DNA of 64,000 nucleotides from an uncultured cyanobacterium (GTDB lineage Bacteria; Cyanobacteriota; Cyanobacteriia; Cyanobacteriales; CAWUOF01): NCBI GenBank assembly GCA_963744145.1, contig CAVUSO010000001.1, positions 32,001 to 96,000 of the forward strand, read 5' to 3'. Shown piece by piece: positions 61,211 to 64,000 of this stretch (position 1 is its first letter; each line of letters starts with the position of its first letter). The notes under the pieces were generated by a model. It saw only the letters and a program-made list of their open reading frames with translations, ran no database searches and was not told where the DNA came from. The position numbers and the translations under genes were made by a program.

Positions 61211-61430
61211 GGCAATTGCCGCGCTGGCGATCGCTCAAACTGACCAAATTTCTGGTTTAATCAAGCCATCGGAGCGATCGCCAAATCCCGGTTAGTGGCC
61301 AAAGTGAATTAATCAGTCAGGCCCAAGCCGTCCGACAATTTAACGTCTAACAGTTTCCATGTCACTAACAACTCACCCATCCGATGCTCAAATATTCAAT
61401 GCGTCTACTCATTCACTATCTTAAATTCTC

Positions 61431-61522
61431 GGACGTTCCCATTCCAAATTCAATGAATCATTGTTAATGAGTAGTATTCCTCATAAGAAAACACGCTTAT
61501 CATACCTCAATTCAGCAACGCC
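61431..61522. mobile_element. Degenerate MITE of the same family as 42007-42094
   Basis: Right end AATTCAGCAACGCC clear; left end GACGTTCCCATTCCAAATTCAATGAATC degenerate; flanks AAATTCTC / AAAATTTC. Confidence 0.45.
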
Positions 61523-61594
61523 AAAATTTCTTTAGTTTCTATTATTTGTAATTAGTTTGGCTGTCTTGGTTGTCTCCCTCACCATAATGGTGAG

Positions 61595-61780
61595 GTTTTT
61601 TGCTCGAATCTTTGACACTCCCCGGTCTAAAGACACGGGGGATTCTTAAGACATTGCTGCCTTAATATCCCTATTGCTAGGGTTCCCAGACTCACTACGT
61701 TTGCTCAAGCGAGCGTGGTGATATCTTCTGGGCGTTTTGGTGACTAGCACCTGGTTTCGCAGAGTCCCCACGTACCATTT
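61595..61780 (-). ncRNA. Predicted omega/reRNA with guide running into the right flank
   Basis: Inferred from known TnpB biology (scaffold overlaps the tnpB 3' end and right end); guide would begin AGATTCGAGC; boundaries approximate. Confidence 0.5.
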
Positions 61781-63373
61781 CTAATGCTCTATCTCTAATG
61801 GTTTTTGCAGCCCCAATATCGGCGTGTTCATGATAGCCACATTCAACACAAATGAACTTCTCACCGTCTCGATTTGACTTATCAACATGACCACAATTTC
61901 TGCATTCTTGGCTAGAATGTTTAGGATTAATTTTAATTACGACTTTTCCTTGCTTTGCAGCGAGATACTCAATCTTTAAAATTAATTCACCCCAGCTTGC
62001 ATCAGAGATAGAACGATTTAATCCTTTTTTTCTTGATTGTCCATTCTTAAGAAACCTTCCTGTTTTCTCATCAACTTTTACTTTGCACCGTCGTAGCATT
62101 CCGGAAATGTTTAAATCTTCAACTGCGATCGCGTCTACCTTACGGGATGCAATTTTATCAGCTACTTTCCACTGATAAGCTTGACGTTTATTAGTAATCT
62201 TTTGGTGAAAACGACCAACTCGGATAGCTGCTTTTTTACGATTTTTACTGCCTTTAACTTTACGGTTAATCCGGCGCTGTCTAATTTTCAGGATACGTCT
62301 AGCTTTTTTATTGGTTGAAAACTTAGGATTTTCTATTTGATATCCATCAGAGAGATGAACTAGCTTAGTAATTCCTAAATCACACCCAATTACTTGTACG
62401 GGCGTATTGCAATACGCCCCTACCTGATTCAGAGGTTTAGCGATATAATCAGGTACTTCCTTATCTTCTATTCTGACAGAAATATACCAACCATCTTGAC
62501 GTTTTCTAACGGTACAAGATTTGATAGTAAACCCATCAGGTATTGGGCGGGAATTGTGAAACCTCATCCACCCTATTTTTGGGAGGTAGATTTTATTACC
62601 TTTAATCTTGATCCCCGCTGCATAGGTAAAAGAAGTAAAATTACTGCGGTTCTTGAACTTAGGAAACCCTCTACCTTCAAAAAAGTTCTTGTAAGCATTA
62701 TCTAGTCTTTTGATATTTTGCTGTAGAACAGTTGAGTCTATAGCAGCATACCAAGGTCTAGCTTTTTTTAATTCCGGTAATGCTGTAATTTGAATATCGC
62801 CAGCACTTCGACGTGGATTTTTGGGACTTGTGTTGAGCGTAGCCGAAACATTGCCATCTTTATCAAACAGCGAATCTTTCCAAGGATTGCCAGTTGCACC
62901 ATTTTTGCTAACACAACAAGTTAATGGGCAGGCGACCGCCCTTGTCCTAATATCGCAGTAATCGCCTTGGATGAATTGCTGATTATATTGGGTGTTTCTA
63001 TCATTTAAACACCAATTGTAATGACTTCTAAGCATATTCACCCAATTAAACATTTGCGAGTCTTGAGTTTGATTAGGGCACAACTTATAAACGTAGTTAG
63101 TTAGCAAACTAGAATCACCACCTTGTTGATTGAAACTATGTCTTTAGTATAGAATATGTCTAGATACTAAGTCAAGCATAAGTTCTCAATTTAGCTAAAA
63201 AATTTTCTACTAATTTAGCCAATATAAAACTACTTTAAAGCTACATCGGTTAAGATATACTGAGAAAGTCAAGCAGAACATTTTTAGGTGAAAAAAATAC
63301 TTCACGGCAGGATAAATCCTGCAATTTGTTTTCATCCCCGGTTTAAAAGCCGGGGTTTTCAACTCCGATCCTT
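61612..63373 (-). mobile_element. IS200/IS605-family (IS1341-like, tnpB only) element
   Basis: Left end follows TTAT with hairpin AACCCCGGCTTTTAAACCGGGG; right end GAATCCCCCGTGTCTTTAGACCGGGGAGTGTCAA; no tnpA inside. Confidence 0.8.
61695..63107 (-). CDS. tnpB: RNA-guided endonuclease TnpB
   Basis: RuvC D (GCDLG), E (AVEDL), D (HADIGAA); zinc finger CRNC...CVEC; GFPKFK. Confidence 0.93.
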   Translation of the reverse strand: MLTNYVYKLCPNQTQDSQMFNWVNMLRSHYNWCLNDRNTQYNQQFIQGDYCDIRTRAVACPLTCCVSKNGATGNPWKDSLFDKDGNVSATLNTSPKNPRRSAGDIQITALPELKKARPWYAAIDSTVLQQNIKRLDNAYKNFFEGRGFPKFKNRSNFTSFTYAAGIKIKGNKIYLPKIGWMRFHNSRPIPDGFTIKSCTVRKRQDGWYISVRIEDKEVPDYIAKPLNQVGAYCNTPVQVIGCDLGITKLVHLSDGYQIENPKFSTNKKARRILKIRQRRINRKVKGSKNRKKAAIRVGRFHQKITNKRQAYQWKVADKIASRKVDAIAVEDLNISGMLRRCKVKVDEKTGRFLKNGQSRKKGLNRSISDASWGELILKIEYLAAKQGKVVIKINPKHSSQECRNCGHVDKSNRDGEKFICVECGYHEHADIGAAKTIRDRALEMVRGDSAKPGASHQNAQKISPRSLEQT

Positions 63374-63430
63374 ATAAGTATTATCAATACTCTATCTTGT
63401 TACATAAATTTTATGATCATCTCCGATCAG

Positions 63431-64000
63431 CTACAATTTTTCTGTTAAATGATGATCAGTAGTAAGGTTACACTCATTTGGCTTTAACCAAAAATTTGAA
63501 TATTCCAGATTAGCTGTATTGGTAACAAGTATTGTTTTCCCTTGCTCATTAATCACCCAATTAGTAGCTTCTAGAATTGGAAATTGTGATTTTCCCAGCA
63601 TTGATGGTACATTTATTAACCCTACTTTTCTGTGGGGAATTTCTGCTCCTAGATCCGCGATTCCGGTGGAACTGGTGAGAGATTCTAATGGACTAGATCC
63701 TAAACCACCTTTCCCAGTAATGTAGAATTTATCTTGTGTTCTATTAGAACATGATCGGGAAATTAAACGAGATATATCAACTACCTGAGTTGATAAAGCA
63801 AATAAACCCTTAACTGTGTCAGTATCAGGAGAATTAATTTTTATATCCCCATTAACACCAAATTCAGAACTAGCAGTAATTTCACTATTTGGAGCCAGAA
63901 AATTTCCTTGGGTGTTGATAAAAATATTACCACCTCTCCCTTTGATGGCGTTAGCGGTGATATTGCTATTTTCTAATAAAGCTAAAGTATCTGTATTAAT
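63431..64000 (-). CDS. Filamentous haemagglutinin family exoprotein, 3' part (runs off window)
   Basis: Hand translation: ...ANAIKGRGGNIFINTQG...SC...FYITGKGGL...LEATNWVINEQGK...EKL*; stop at 63431-63433; not in the ORF track. Confidence 0.9.
   Translation of the reverse strand: MNTDTLALLENSNITANAIKGRGGNIFINTQGNFLAPNSEITASSEFGVNGDIKINSPDTDTVKGLFALSTQVVDISRLISRSCSNRTQDKFYITGKGGLGSSPLESLTSSTGIADLGAEIPHRKVGLINVPSMLGKSQFPILEATNWVINEQGKTILVTNTANLEYSNFWLKPNECNLTTDHHLTEKL

Noticed and set aside
63519-63725. 68-aa plus-strand ORF
   Set aside because: Antisense to the real FHA 3' end on the minus strand.

Overview
AT-rich cyanobacterial chromosome segment (the HIP1 octamer GCGATCGC is abundant, including inside genes). 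A short housekeeping block (geranylgeranyl-reductase family, frr, pyrH, thioredoxin-like, speB) and orphan hypAB sit among accessory regions. (1) Three tandem filamentous-haemagglutinin (TPS) exoproteins are followed by a signal-peptide TPR-CHAT protease and a DUF928 protein; a fourth FHA gene runs off the right edge. (2) A 7.3-kb insert bounded by 27-bp direct repeats holds a high-GC cdh gene, an IS1634 nested in a MITE and a VapBC-type pair. (3) An array of five DUF4347/beta-helix surface-protein genes (four with RTX tails, one a pseudogene) has an unexplained ~250-bp inverted element pair. (4) A tandem pair of triple-TIR genes: one carries 21 near-identical WD40 repeats with hypervariable codons and an in-frame MITE, the other a membrane anchor. 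(5) An OsmC/acyl-CoA-dehydrogenase/ABC/NemR-like operon. (6) A calmodulin-like EF-hand methyltransferase fusion. (7) A Uma2/Rpn/TnpB mobile hotspot. No rRNA, tRNA or CRISPR array was seen. Best candidates for an undescribed system: the triple-TIR pair, the calmodulin-methyltransferase fusion and the FHA/CHAT/DUF928 locus. All domain calls are by-eye motif recognition, not database searches.
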